Assembly: GCA_002269645.1 (NCBI GenBank)
Contig: NIVC01001057.1
Coordinates: 124,001 to 188,000 of the forward strand
Origin: Macrostomum lignano
Taxonomy: Eukaryota
DNA: 64,000 bases
Direction: 5' to 3'
Part shown: positions 36,688 to 50,239 of the stretch, one piece after another
Position numbering within the stretch: position 1 is the stretch's first letter
Layout: each line of letters opens with the position of its first letter
Notes under the pieces: model-generated
What the model was told of the DNA's origin: nothing
Database searches by the model: none
The model's input: the letters and a program-made list of their open reading frames with translations, nothing else
Translations under genes and position numbers: made by a program

Positions 36688-37143
36688 TCACGTGGGCTTC
36701 GCGTAGTTGCGCGTCCACTCGCGCGCGTTGCGAATGGCCTCCGGCTCGTTGTTCTTCCACAGCTCGGCAATGTCGTTCTCCAGCGGATCGTCGGGATTCG
36801 GCGCGCTGAGCAGCGCCTGGATGGACAGCAGCACGGTGCGGATCTGCAGCGCCGGGCTCCACTTGTCCTTCAGGATGTCCAGGCAGATGCGGCCCAGCCG
36901 GTCTATGTTGGGGTGGTAAATCTTCGTCATGAACCGCACCTTGGGCGCGTTCATCGGGTACTCCTCGGGCAGGAACAGCTCCAGACGGAACACGCCGCCC
37001 TCGTACGGGCTGTCGTTCGGCCCGTGCACCGTCACCTGGAAGTAGCGCGCGTTCGCTTCGTTCGGCGTGGCCTCGATGCCCTCCACCGGCTCCGCCATCA
37101 GACGCTGCGTCTCCTTGATGATGCGACGCGGCAGGCCGGCCAT
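36688..37143 (-). CDS. UBE2N: Ubiquitin-conjugating enzyme E2 N (Ubc13), intronless CDS, 151 aa
   Basis: [15 protein letters not shown]...[37 protein letters not shown], with the HPN motif and catalytic Cys. Confidence 0.97.
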   Translation of the reverse strand: MAGLPRRIIKETQRLMAEPVEGIEATPNEANARYFQVTVHGPNDSPYEGGVFRLELFLPEEYPMNAPKVRFMTKIYHPNIDRLGRICLDILKDKWSPALQIRTVLLSIQALLSAPNPDDPLENDIAELWKNNEPEAIRNAREWTRNYAKPT

Positions 37144-37187
37144 TGAAGAGCCTGGCTCTGCGGGTGCGGCCGGGCTATGCTGCTCTG

Positions 37188-40100
37188 CTGACAGTAGCAT
37201 GATGCTAATCTGATCAATGCCCTACTGACAGTAGCATGATACTAATCTGATCAATGCCCTACTGACAGTAGCATGATACTAATCTGATCAATGCCCTACT
37301 GACAGTAGCATGATACTAATCTGATCAATGCCCTACTGACAGTAGCATGATACTAATCTGATCAATGCCCTACTGACAGTAGCATGATACTAATCTGATC
37401 AATGCCCTACTGACAGTAGCATGGTACTAATCTGATCAATGCCCTACTGACAGTAGCATGGTACTAATCTGATCAATGCCCTACTGACAGTAGCATGATA
37501 CTAATCTGATCAATGCCCTACTGACAGTAGCATGGTACTAATCTGATCAATGCCCTACTGACAGTAGCATGATACTAATCTGATCAGTGCTCTGCTGACA
37601 GTAGCATGATACTAATCTGATCAGTGCCCTACTGACAGTAGCATGGTACTAATCTGATCAATGCCCTACTGACAGTAGCATGGTACTAATCTGATCAATG
37701 CCCTACTGACAGTAGCATGATACTAATCTGATCAGTGCTCTGCTGACAGTAGCATGATACTAATCTGATCAGTGCTCTGCTGACAGTAGCATGGTACTAA
37801 TCTGATCAATGCCCTACTGACAGTAGCATGATACTAATCTGATCAATGCCCTACTGACAGTAGCATGATACTAATCTGATCAATGCCCTACTGACAGTAG
37901 CATGATACTAATCTGATCAATGCCCTACTGACAGTAGCATGATACTAATCTGATCAATGCCCTACTGACAGTAGCATGATACTAATCTGATCAATGCCCT
38001 ACTGACAGTAGCATGGTACTAATCTGATCAATGCCCTACTGACAGTAGCATGGTACTAATCTGATCAATGCCCTACTGACAGTAGCATGATACTAATCTG
38101 ATCAATGCCCTACTGACAGTAGCATGGTACTAATCTGATCAATGCCCTACTGACAGTAGCATGATACTAATCTGATCAATGCCCTACTGACAGTAGCATG
38201 ATACTAATCTGATCAATGCCCTACTGACAGTAGCATGGTACTAATCTGATCAATGCCCTACTGACAGTAGCATGATACTAATCTGATCAATGCCCTACTG
38301 ACAGTAGCATGGTACTAATCTGATCAATGCCCTACTGACAGTAGCATGGTACTAATCTGATCAATGCCCTACTGACAGTAGCATGATACTAATCTGATCA
38401 ATGCCCTACTGACAGTAGCATGGTACTAATCTGATCAATGCCCTACTGACAGTAGCATGATACTAATCTGATCAGTGCTCTGCTGACAGTAGCATGATAC
38501 TAATCTGATCAGTGCTCTGCTGACAGTAGCATGGTACTAATCTGATCAATGCCCTACTGACAGTAGCATGATACTAATCTGATCAATGCCCTACTGACAG
38601 TAGCATGATACTAATCTGATCAATGCCCTACTGACAGTAGCATGATACTAATCTGATCAATGCCCTACTGACAGTAGCATGATACTAATCTGATCAATGC
38701 CCTACTGACAGTAGCATGATACTAATCTGATCAATGCCCTACTGACAGTAGCATGATACTAATCTGATCAATGCCCTACTGACAGTAGCATGGTACTAAT
38801 CTGATCAATGCCCTACTGACAGTAGCATGGTACTAATCTGATCAATGCCCTACTGACAGTAGCATGATACTAATCTGATCAATGCCCTACTGACAGTAGC
38901 ATGGTACTAATCTGATCAATGCCCTACTGACAGTAGCATGATACTAATCTGATCAGTGCTCTGCTGACAGTAGCATGATACTAATCTGATCAGTGCTCTG
39001 CTGACAGTAGCATGATACTAAACTGATCAGTGCTCTGCTGACAGTAGCATGGTACTAATCTGATCAATGCCCTACTGACAGTAGCATGATACTAATCTGA
39101 TCAGTGCTCTGCTGACAGTAGCATGATACTAATCTGATCAGTGCTCTGCTGACAGTAGCATGATACTAATCTGATCAGTGCTCTGCTGACAGTAGCATGA
39201 TACTAATCTGATCAGTGCTCTGCTGACAGTAGCATGATACTAATCTGATCAGTGCTCTGCTGACAGTAGCATGATACTAATCTGATCAGTGCTCTGCTGA
39301 CAGTAGCATGATACTAATCTGATCAGTGCTCTGCTGACAGTAGCATGATACTAATCTGATCAGTGCCCTACTGACAGTAGCATGATACTAATCTGATCAA
39401 TGCCCTACTGACAGTAGCATGATACTAATCTGATCAGTGCTCTGCTGACAGTAGCATGATACTAATCTGATCAGTGCTCTGCTGACAGTAGCATGATACT
39501 AAACTGATCAGTGCTCTGCTGACAGTAGCATGGTACTAATCTGATCAATGCCCTACTGACAGTAGCATGATACTAATCTGATCAGTGCTCTGCTGACAGT
39601 AGCATGATACTAATCTGATCAGTGCTCTGCTGACAGTAGCATGATACTAATCTGATCAGTGCTCTGCTGACAGTAGCATGATACTAATCTGATCAGTGCT
39701 CTGCTGACAGTAGCATGATACTAATCTGATCAGTGCTCTGCTGACAGTAGCATGATACTAATCTGATCAGTGCTCTGCTGACAGTAGCATGATACTAATC
39801 TGATCAGTGCTCTGCTGACAGTAGCATGATACTAATCTGATCAGTGCCCTACTGACAGTAGCATGATACTAATCTGATCAATGCCCTACTGACAGTAGCA
39901 TGATACTAATCTGATCAGTGCTCTGCTGACAGTAGCATGATACTAATCTGATCAGTGCTCTGCTGACAGTAGCATGATACTAAACTGATCAGTGCTCTGC
40001 TGACAGTAGCATGGTACTAATCTGATCAATGCCCTACTGACAGTAGCATGATACTAATCTGATCAGTGCTCTGCTGACAGTAGCATGATACTAATCTGAT

Positions 40101-40417
40101 CAGTGCTCTGCTGACAGTAGCATGATACTAATCTGATCAGTGCTCTGCTGACAGTAGCATGATACTAATCTGATCAGTGCTCTGCTGACAGTAGCATGAT
40201 ACTAATCTGATCAGTGCTCTGCTGACAGTAGCATGATACTAATCTGATCAGTGCTCTGCTGACAGTAGCATGATACTAATCTGATCAGTGCTCTGCTGAC
40301 AGTAGCATGATACTAATCTGATCAGTGCCCTACTGACAGTAGCATGATACTAATCTGATCAATGCCCTACTGACAGTAGCATGATACTAATCTGATCAGT
40401 GCTCTGCTGACAGTAGT
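37188..40417. repeat. 37-bp satellite (actgacagtagcatgatactaatctgatcaatgccct)n, ~87 copies
   Basis: Period 37; two main variants, aatgcccta and agtgctctg. Confidence 0.97.
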
Positions 40418-41821
40418 AGGAGGCTGGCTACTCAAATGAAATGAAACAAGACTCAAAGCCAAGTTCCCGAGCAGAATAAAATCGAAGATAATAATTAGTG
40501 TCCCAATATTTTATCCCCGAGACGTTGGGAATCGCAGGAAGACAAAATAAGACGCAGGAGAATTCTTTTACAAAGAAATCTTAGCAGCAAAGTTTTACTC
40601 AAAATTGCCTCACCCGGTGAGAGAACAAATGACCAAAAAAGCAATTAAAAAAGAAAACTGTAATAACAGAGAAGAGAAAGTCTTTCTGTCAGTGTCGGCA
40701 AAACAAAACGTTGAACTGGAAGCCGATGCGATGAAGGAAGCTGAGGCAGTGGAGGAAACAGGATCGAGAAGTCTCCGACAAAGCGAATAAAAACAAATAA
40801 CAAAAAAGAGTAAAAAGACAAATCTGAGATTCAGAACTCTTATTGTAGCAAGCAGGTGGGCAAAGAGCGGCAACGCGAGCCGCAGACTGCTCAAGCAGAT
40901 GGAGGCTGAGCTGCTCTGGGGAAGAGTCGTACCAGAGTTCCATTTCTTGCACGACCGCACAATAAGACTAAGAGCTCGCGCTTGTCATGCGATTCAAGCC
41001 CAGCTGAGGGCCCGATTGATTTCCGCAGCTGCCCCCGCGAGCTAACCAGCTAAACCTTTGTTATCTGCATTGATTTCCGCAGCTGCCCCCGCGAGCTAAC
41101 CAGCTAAACCTTTGTTATCTAAATTGACTTTCGCAGCTCCCGCCTCTGCCAGAGCAGGCCACGGTGACCAATTCAGATGGAAGCAGCAGAATTTCAATGG
41201 GGCCAATTAATAAAAGTCAACCAGCAGGCTTTGAGTTAGTTTAGAATGAGCAGGCGCAATATTGACAGTTATTAATCGGCTGCTGAGCTGATGGAGGCGG
41301 GAGAACAGGTGAGAACAGGACTGCAGCAATTTTAGCACCGCAAAATAGACGAGAACTTGACTGGCTTTTCATTAATAACAATTTTCAAATTGACCAGATT
41401 AATCTAGTGGAGACGCAGTAAAAACGCAACCATGAAATCAAAACAAATGAAATCTATTGTTCGGCATGGATGTTAAATAATAAAACTTTATTGCTCTGAC
41501 AAATACTGAGGCATATTGCACTGCATCACCTCTATTAATATTGCAGGCACAGAGCAGAGCTACTCAAGCACCATAGCAGGGTGAATTGCAACTCTGATTT
41601 ATTTGACACAATTGAGAAACATCCACTAGGATGCTCATTTAAACAAGTGCTCAAAATCCTTAATCATTCATCATCAAAAATACTGCTTTTTGTGATTAAG
41701 AAAATCAAAAACGTTAAAAAAAAGAATAAAACAAAGGAAACTAAAAATAAACATATGACGAGGCGATCCGCCAGCTAGAGGGGGGGGGGGACAGTAGCAG
41801 TTTGGGGACTGGCTGAGCCGC

Positions 41822-41998
41822 TCACTGAGAGTGCACCACTCTCTGCAGGAGGCCCAGCGGGCTGAGCACGGGCTCCCGCTTCCGCCTGATCAGGTACAGC
41901 GGAGTGAAGCCGGTGGCCAGCAGCAGCAGGCACAGCCCGATGAACACCAGCGCCAGGGCAGTCAGCACCTGCCAGCGCTCCCGGAGCCGGACCTTCAT
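41822..41998 (-). CDS. Signal-anchor (type II membrane-like) short ORF or first exon MKVRLRERWQVLTALALVFIGLCLLLLATGF...
   Basis: GC-rich codons, basic N-terminus, a hydrophobic stretch, then a basic motif. Ends at CA|GTGAGC (donor-like) or at a TGA after 58 aa. Not in the ORF track because it is under 60 aa. Confidence 0.5.
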   Translation of the reverse strand: MKVRLRERWQVLTALALVFIGLCLLLLATGFTPLYLIRRKREPVLSPLGLLQRVVHSQ

Positions 41999-42104
41999 CA
42001 CTGATTAGGCGGCCGCTAAGGCTGGGGGCTGAAAGACGAGGCTGCGATTGAAGCACTTGTAAGATACTAGCTGAGCCCCTTGCTGGAATAATTGGGACTG
42101 TGGG

Positions 42105-42520
42105 AGCTGGCTGCTCAGCCTGAGGAGCTGGGAGGGTGGCTGCTCAGTCTGAGGATCTGGGAGGCTGGCTGCTCAGTCTGAGGATCTGGGAGGGTGGCTG
42201 CTCAGTCTGAGGATCTGGGAGGCTGGCTGCTCAGCCTGAGGATCTGGGATGCTGGCTGCTCAGCCAGAGGATCTGGGAGGCTGGCTGCTCAGTCTGAGGA
42301 TCTGGGAGGCTGGCTGCTCAGTCTGAGGATCTGGGAGGGTGGCTGCTCAGTCTGAGGATCTGGGAGGCTGGCTGCTCAGCCTGAGGATCTGGGAGGCTGG
42401 CTGCTCAGCCAGAGGATCTGGGAGGCTGGCTGCTCAGTCTGAGGATCTGGGAGGCTGGCTGCTCAGTCTGAGGATCTGGGAGGGTGGCTGCTCAGCCAGA
42501 GGATCTGGGAGGCTGGCAGC
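42105..42520. repeat. 29-bp minisatellite (gctggctgctcagtctgaggatctgggag)n
   Basis: Direct inspection. Confidence 0.93.
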
Positions 42521-42800
42521 TGCACCAAGTTCTATCTCTAGGCAGAAAGTAAAAGCCTAGTAAAAAAATAAAAAGGCAAGACACAAGGGTGTTTACAAAG
42601 GCCATACGAGACATGCGGTGCCAAAGAGCCGCAAATCCTCGCGCTCCGCATCTCGCCAATAAAATAATTATTGAATATAATTATTGTAAACTGCAAAAGC
42701 AAAAACAGAAACAAATCATGATTTTTTCTCCTGCTTTTAATATACTGCTTTGCGCAAATAAAACATTGAAAACGGCTGTCTTAAAAAGCACAGATAGCAT

Positions 42801-44864
42801 TGGATCTTGCAGAGAGGAGAGAAACATTAGTGTTTGTGGCCTGTGTGCACAGTCAAGGATTACAGAGCAGGGTTGGGTTGGCCGAGCAGGGGGAAAAACA
42901 GGCCTAATCTAAGTGGAATGCGGAGCTCCCAGCCAAGTGAGAGTAACTGACAAAAAGGATCAGAAGAGAGGAGAAATGGGATCTTCTCGAGATCAGAGAG
43001 GTTAGAGATAGGACCAGATGGAGTTCGAATCAGAGAAAAGATGGAATTTGAAGAGGTAGAGATGGAGTCAGAGATGGTAGAGATAGGGTTAGAGAAGATA
43101 GAGATGGGGTCAGAGAAGATAGAGATGGGATCAGAGAAGGTAGAGATGGGATCAGAGAAGGTAGAGATGGGGTCAGAGAAGGCAGGATAGAGAATAGACA
43201 TGCAAGCAGAAAGTGCAGGCAGTGGGGAAAGAAGCGCAGGCTTGGTCCATGGCAGTGATGGAGGGCGCGGGGTGTGAGCAAAGCCGGTACAGAGATCTTT
43301 GGATCTTGCAGAGAGGAGAGAAACATTAGTGTTTGTGGCCTGTGTGCACAGTCAAGGATTACAGAGCAGGGTTGGGTTGGCCGAGCAGGGGGAAAAACAG
43401 GCCTAATCTAAGTGGAATGCGGAGCTCCCAGCCAAGTGAGAGTAACTGACAAAAAGGATCAGAAGAGAGGAGAAATGGGATCTTCTCGAGATCAGAGAGG
43501 TTAGAGATAGGACCAGATGGAGTTCGAATCAGAGAAAAGATGGAATTTGAAGAGGTAGAGATGGAGTCAGAGATGGTAGAGATAGGGTTAGAGAAGATAG
43601 AGATGGGGTCAGAGAAGATAGAGATGGGATCAGAGAAGGTAGAGATGGGGTCAGAGAAGATAGAGATGGGATCAGAGAAGGTAGAGATGCGATCAGAGAA
43701 GGTAGAGATGGGATCAGAGAAGGTAGAGATGGGATCAGAGAAGATAGAGATGGGATCAGAGAAGATAGAGATGGGATCAGAGAAGATAGAGATGGGATCA
43801 GAGAAGATAGAGATGGGATCAGAGAAGATAGAGATGGGATCAGAGAAGATAGAGATGGGATCAGAGAAGGTAGAGATGGGATCAGAGAAGATAGAGATGG
43901 GATCAGAGAAGATAGAGATGGGGTCAGAGAAGATAGAGATGGGGTCAGGGAAGATAGAGATGGGATCAGAGAAGGTAGAGATGGGATCAGAGAAGATAGA
44001 GATGGGATCAGAGAAGATAGAGATGGGATCAGAGAAGATAGAGATGGGATCAGAGAAGATAGAGATGGGATCAGAGAAGATAGAGATGGGGTCAGAGAAG
44101 GTAGAGATGGGATCAGAGAAGATAGAGATGGGGTCAGAGAAGGTAGAGATGCGATCAGAGAAGGTAGAGATGGGATCAGAGAAGGTAGAGATGGGGTCAG
44201 AGAAGATAGAGATGGGATCAGAGAAGATAGAGATGGGATCAGAGAAGGTAGAGATGGGATCAGAGAAGATAGAGATGGGATCAGAGAAGATAGAGATGGG
44301 GTCAGAGAAGATAGAGATGGGGTCAGGGAAGATAGAGATGGGATCAGAGAAGGTAGAGATGGGATCAGAGAAGATAGAGATGGGATCAGAGAAGATAGAG
44401 ATGGGGTCAGGGAAGATAGAGATGGGGTCAGAGAAGGTAGAGATGCGATCAGAGAAGGTAGAGATGGGATCAGAGAAGGTAGAGATGGGATCAGAGAAGA
44501 TAGAGATGGGGTCAGAGAAGATAGAGATGGGGTCAGGGAAGATAGAGATGGGATCAGAGAAGGTAGAGATGGGATCAGAGAAGGTAGAGATGGGGTCAGA
44601 GAAGATAGAGATGGGATCAGAGAAGATAGAGATGGGGTCAGAGAAGATAGAGATGGGGTCAGGGAAGATAGAGATGGGATCAGAGAAGGTAGAGATGGGA
44701 TCAGAGAAGGTAGAGATGGGATCAGAGAAGGTAGAGATGGGGTCAGAGAAGGCAGGATAGAGAATAGACATGCAAGCAGAAAGTGCAGGCAGTGGGGAAA
44801 GAAGCGCAGGCTTGGTCCATGGCAGTGATGGAGGGCGCGGGGTGTGAGCAAAGCCGGTACAGAG
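42801..44864. repeat. Tandem segmental duplication (copy 1 ~42801-43294, copy 2 ~43300-44864) containing a 21-bp array (gagaagatagagatgggatca)n
   Basis: Identical unique flanks in both copies; the array has ~5 units in copy 1 and ~56 in copy 2. Confidence 0.9.
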
Positions 44865-45462
44865 CCGCAGGAATGAAGCGGGCCCACGCAGAAGCGGATG
44901 CGGAGTGTCAGAGCAGTATATACGAGCTACGTGTGTAACATTAGTGGCACAAAAAGACAAGCAGCATAGCAACGCAAAAATGAGAATTTTTCGGTCCAGC
45001 GGCGCTGCGAGAAGCACCGCCTGCCGCTTGTTAAAAATAGTAGTCACGCAAGATGATAAATTGTTAACCTTTCGCAACTCCGATCGCAGTCGAATATTAA
45101 ATTCTGTGTTCAGCAAGCGAATAAACATACTAGACTACTCACTAGTAGTTCAACTGTACTATTGTATATTGTTAAAATTGATTTTTTTACCCCAGAAATA
45201 CATCGAAAATCAGTGAGAAAACCCCGAAAGGTCAGTTATCACATTTTTGGTACAACAATATTAGGGCGGGACAATACGAAAGTTCATAGTGCGTCACAAC
45301 AAACAAAAACCACCCTGCCGTCTCCGTTTCATTCATTATCACCATGGCCAAGTGTTAAGTACAGACAAGGGCGCACTAACTAATGATCCACTCAAGCAGG
45401 GGAAGCGCGCAGCCGGCGCACACACTGAGAGTTGGAGCCGGGCATCGCCGTCAATTCGGGGG

Positions 45463-45720
45463 TCATCTGTTCGACACGACGCCGTTTTTCAACGACGCCA
45501 TCTTTTTGGCGTGCATCTCGGAGGCGGCCGGCGGGATGGCGCCACCGCCGCCGCTGCCGCCAGCTTGGCCGGACGAGCCGGGCAGGGCAGACAGGTACTG
45601 CTTGTTGCGGTGGTAATTCAGCACGGATACTGGCGTCTTTCCAGCCATGATGAGAACCACGAATACAAAAAGGATGGAAGCGACTAGGATAGCGGCTAGC
45701 TTGGCGTTGCTGGCGTGCAT
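45463..45720 (-). CDS. Signal-anchor ORF MHASNAKLAAILVASILFVFVVLIM... (85 aa), unknown function
   Basis: GC-rich island with one hydrophobic segment and a Gly-rich linker; no family recognised. Confidence 0.4.
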   Translation of the reverse strand: MHASNAKLAAILVASILFVFVVLIMAGKTPVSVLNYHRNKQYLSALPGSSGQAGGSGGGGAIPPAASEMHAKKMASLKNGVVSNR

Positions 45721-47569
45721 TCCGGCTGGGCGGCTGAGGGAGGGCCGGCGCTGCTTTGTAAAATATTGGCTTATGGAGTACTGGAGCTGTCTGCCTTTCT
45801 GTGTCTGTCAAGCTGTCTGCCTGTCTGTGTCTGTCCATCTGTCTGTCTTTTGACTAAATCAAATCATAGATAGGCACCCTAGGAATGGTCACCTAACATG
45901 TTGTTTGCTATGTAGAGCATCAGAAAGACTGGCTTAGAGATTCACCTCAGTTTTTTTTATTTCATTCATTTCTCAATTTACCTCCACTCAACTATCTTAA
46001 AATGGCATTTTTATTGTTTTAAGTTATCCAAAAGATTGAAAACTTTTGGTATATTGCTTATTTGCTACCATTTGATTCATAAACACAATATTTATTTTTT
46101 ACTTTGTCCCCAGTGTCATTGTGTTATTGATACATTTATGTATATTGGTGTTGAAACTCTATTCTCATTTGCTATTGTCAAAATGTTCCCATTGTCATTT
46201 TCTAATGCTTACTTTGGTTTCTATGTGTTGTTTGTATCAGTGAAACATTTTAAGGGGGGATGTTGCAACATTCTGTTTTAAAATATTTGTCCTTCTTTCT
46301 ATGTGCACATTGTTAGCACTCTTCTTTACTATCAATTATTAATTGGTTAGCATCCCCACCCTGTCAGCCATCCTTAGGCTTTTGCATATTGAACCCCATT
46401 TGATTTTTCTATCTATTCTTTTTTATCTTATCTACTCTAGCCACTTCAGAAAAAAATATATGCTGCATAAAGGGTTGGCTTTCAAGCCTGGTCCTTTCCT
46501 TTTCTACTCTAATTATCTTCAAATCAAGCTGCAAATTGTTGAATAGTGTTATTTTTTCTATAATCTAATATACTAAAATAATAAACTAAACAATAAAATA
46601 GATAGCCATAACCTATCACAATATAACCATGCATCAAGAAAAAGACTAAAAGACTATAATACCTAGGTTTATTGGCATATGTAGTAAAATCAATTATACA
46701 TATACAAATGTGATAAATTTTTCTTTAGCAAAAACTTGCAATTGAATCACTGATTAGCAAGAGTTCATAAAGATAACCAATACCTAATCCATTGCAACTA
46801 TGGCATATAGTGCACTTGGACTGTTTTTTATAGCTGGGGCATATGCCACTTGGTATATTCTAGGGTCTATAGTCCTCTAATATCAAAGGTTTATTGAAAC
46901 TTAATGAACTAAAACATTTACAAAAAGATATCTAAAATGTCTACCATATATTAAAAACTTAATGTTGGATTGGCTTAATTGTTTTTTTTCTTGACTTTAA
47001 AAATATTAATTCAAAAAATGCTACAAAACTCCTTGGCCATAGTTAGGATTCAAACAGGGGGATTATAATGTGAGCATCCTATGTACATCCTATGCTTGTA
47101 AATTGCTGTTGTTTGTTACTAATTATTATTTGATATTTTGTTTCATTTTTTTGACACTTTTTCTCAAAGTACACAAATTTAATTTAGATTAATTATTATT
47201 TATTAGAATTATAAGAGGTCAAAAAAGCTAGATGCAACTCTAAAAACAAGTTTGGTAACCCCTTTTATAATCATTTTATGTACTTACATTTCATAGGCTA
47301 GTGCTGCAACTCCCAAAAATGGTCATGCAACTTAGGTTTATTTTTTGTATATAGAGTGTGCGTTTGCATCCTAAATTTAAAAATCACACACTGAAATTAA
47401 AAAGTGGGTATAGTTTAGGTGTGGTCTCATAACCTTTTTTTCATTGAAGTCTTATTTGCACTGCTGTAAAATAAGAAAAAAGAGAAATTGCAATTTGAGC
47501 CTTAAAATTGCACTATGAAAGTGAGCATAAGATGCAATTTTGCATTATGTCTCTGGCAAAAAAAAACCC

Positions 47570-47617
47570 TGCATGCAACCCAATTGGGGGTTGCATCCCA
47601 TAGGTTGAGAACCACTG
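47570..47617. mobile_element. Decayed hAT/Charlie-type transposon end
   Basis: AGGTTGAGAACCACTG (47602-47617) is the reverse complement of the recalled CAGTGGTTCTCAACCT terminal motif, preceded by a CpG-decayed subterminal segment. Partner end not found. Confidence 0.5.
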
Positions 47618-48109
47618 ATCTAAAGGGTGTCCTGACAGTGCTAAGAATGAGGTCTTTTTTCTGATCAATGCAAGGTTAAAAACCCCCTGGTTTTAGCTAG
47701 GTTTGAGATAGAGGGAGAGTTCAAATGAAGAATGATTTGACTCCCATCTAGCAAGCTATAGCGCTGCAATTGAAAACAATGAGGAATTGACTTTTATTGC
47801 TTTAGGCTCTATGCACAAGTTTTTTAATAATAATTATATTAGTCTATAAATAATGTATGCATATGGCTATATGTATATTATTACATTTAAAATCTCCTTA
47901 CAATCTAGCCAATAACTTTAGTTTTGTATCCCTGCAGCCTTAGCTTTCTCACTAGTCTGCATGCTTAAAAGATAAATAAATCACAGCAAGACAAAATAGG
48001 TGTTGATTTTCACCTGACAAATAGCTCAATCAGCTATAGGTAGTACTATTTGAGAATAAATGATTGAGTTTTTCCAAACTGAGATTAAGATACCAATGGT
48101 CAATCCTCA

Positions 48110-48237
48110 AATTTTTGAATCCCAGATAATTGTGATCCTAGGATTTAGGCCTAATCAAAATCTTGGGATTTAGAATCCTAGGATTTGAGCCCAATTTTAG
48201 GATTTTGGGATCCTAGGGTCCCAGGTTGCATTCCCTA
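48110..48237. mobile_element. Decayed hAT-like (TAGGG-type) transposon end
   Basis: Ends ...GGGATCCTAGGGTCCCAGGTTGCATTCCCTA, with repeated subterminal ATCCTAGGATTT (putative ATCCCGGGATTT after CpG loss). Partner end not found. Confidence 0.4.
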
Positions 48238-50239
48238 CTTGTAAGTCCCTAATATAAGCAATGTATAGGCTTAGCCTTAAATATAGTCATATTCTTGAAA
48301 TTACAAATTAGCAACTTGGCATTTTTTAAATTAATTTTTTAAAATCAAGTTGGCTAGGCCAATGGATTTTGAGTTGCTAATTTAAATAATTTTAATTCAA
48401 CTAGGCTCTAATTGATCTAAACATAGAAAAAATGGATTTATACCTATGATAGTACTATTAGATACTAAGGCCATGGCCCATGGAAGGAGACTAGGCCTAG
48501 TAGAATTAACTTAGTAACTATAAAACCTTATTGGGCTTTGGATTCTAGCATACATATAACAATATTTCATACAACTCATTTTTATTAACTAGTTAGTAGG
48601 CTCTACTGTATAGGCAGAGGGCTTGTTACTAGTTTACTTTTTAAGAAGCATTCTATTTAGCTATACACCCTCATCATTATGATTATGCATAAGCAAACCA
48701 AAAGCAGAGGATATTTTTTATTCTAAGAAAATGTAAATAAGGGTTACTGACCAAATCTCATCTAATTCAGGGTTTATTCAGGTGTTAATTTAGGAGGGCT
48801 TGTTTGCACGTTCGTTGATTTTTTTCACTCTTTGTGACTTTATAATGTTCGTTTCCGCCATGTAATATTAATTTTCAAACAGTTTTTTTTAATATTTAAA
48901 TTACTTTTGATTTTTTAAATTAAACCAAAAAATAAACACTTTATAACAAGTACGAAGTGTTGAAATGCTTTTTACGTCGCTTTCTACAGATTCTGGTGCT
49001 TGATTTCAAATTTAAATTATTTTTAACTGTCGATGAGAGTGTAAATGTCCCCTATGAAATACTCCTTTGTGGATTAAAGCCTAAAGCACTGGGAGGTAAA
49101 GGACAGGACAAGGGAAATTTATTTTAAAGGACGCCGCGACTTAGCTATTGTCCATAGCTTTACTTCGGGCTCAATTTCCAGTGCTTGAGTTGACACTGGC
49201 CAACTCGATCATCTTACATGTACATAAGTTGTACAAGTTAGTACTAAGTTGATTCCATTTTAGTTGATAAAAAATGATAACGCTCTCCCCCAATTTTTAC
49301 CATAAAGTTGTTCAGTCAATATCTTTCTCTTCAATTTCTTTTTGGCTGGCTGGCTTATCATATCTTTTCAGTTTTTTATAATCCTTGCAAATACACATTT
49401 TTCTACTGAAAGTAGCATGAGTGTAAGCATTAGTAATGTCGAGTTAAGCCGCATTGGTTTGGAGTGATATACTAAAGGCTGGTGAAAGTTTTGAAAGATC
49501 AGACTTTAATTGCTATTTACATTTACATTTACAAGCCTAGCAGCTAGTATATAAATAGCCTCCACTGAGCACTCAGATAAGAGGGAAGGCCTTTGTTTAT
49601 GTAACTTTAGAGTTGATATAAGCGAACATTATAAGATATAGAGGTGTGCATAATGCTGTACATGTACGCGTATGTGTATAAGGCTCGGGCAGTCTAGTGG
49701 TTTTGCAATGTTAAAAATTTAACTCGTTTTAATTTATGCAGTAGATAAAAATCATAACCGAAAACAAGACACACATGGAAGTCTTTAGAAACTTATAAGC
49801 TGCTGCATGCTTGCGTATCAGTTGATCCACCAAGTGGATTCCCCCCAAACAAATGTTTTTGCTGCGCCGGAAAGGGGCAACGCAGGCACACGAAATTCAA
49901 GAACGCGGACTACATTTCGTTGCGCACCCCTTCTCAAACAAAAATCAAATCGTGTCAGCCCTCTGGTCGAAGCTCGAATCGGCCCTAAGATCGAGGGTTA
50001 GCAGACCTTGGAAGCAGATGGGCCCATCGAAAATCTCATTTCCCCTTCGCCTTCGCCCCTCCCCTTGAAGCAGCAGGTGCAGATTGCTCCGCGGCTTCTT
50101 TCTGGCAAAGATCCTCCCGTCCCGATAATTTTCTTTCCCTGTAGCCAATTTTCCTGTTTTTCCTGAGCAGTTGCTCACGCTGATGGAGAAGCCAAGCCGA
50201 CCGCTGGGCAAACTCTCTGACCCCAGGTCTGCCGCCCTT

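Noticed and set aside
29022-40417. CRISPR-like appearance of the 22-37-bp repeat arrays
   Set aside because: The monomers are head-to-tail with no unique spacers, there are no cas genes, and the context is eukaryotic.
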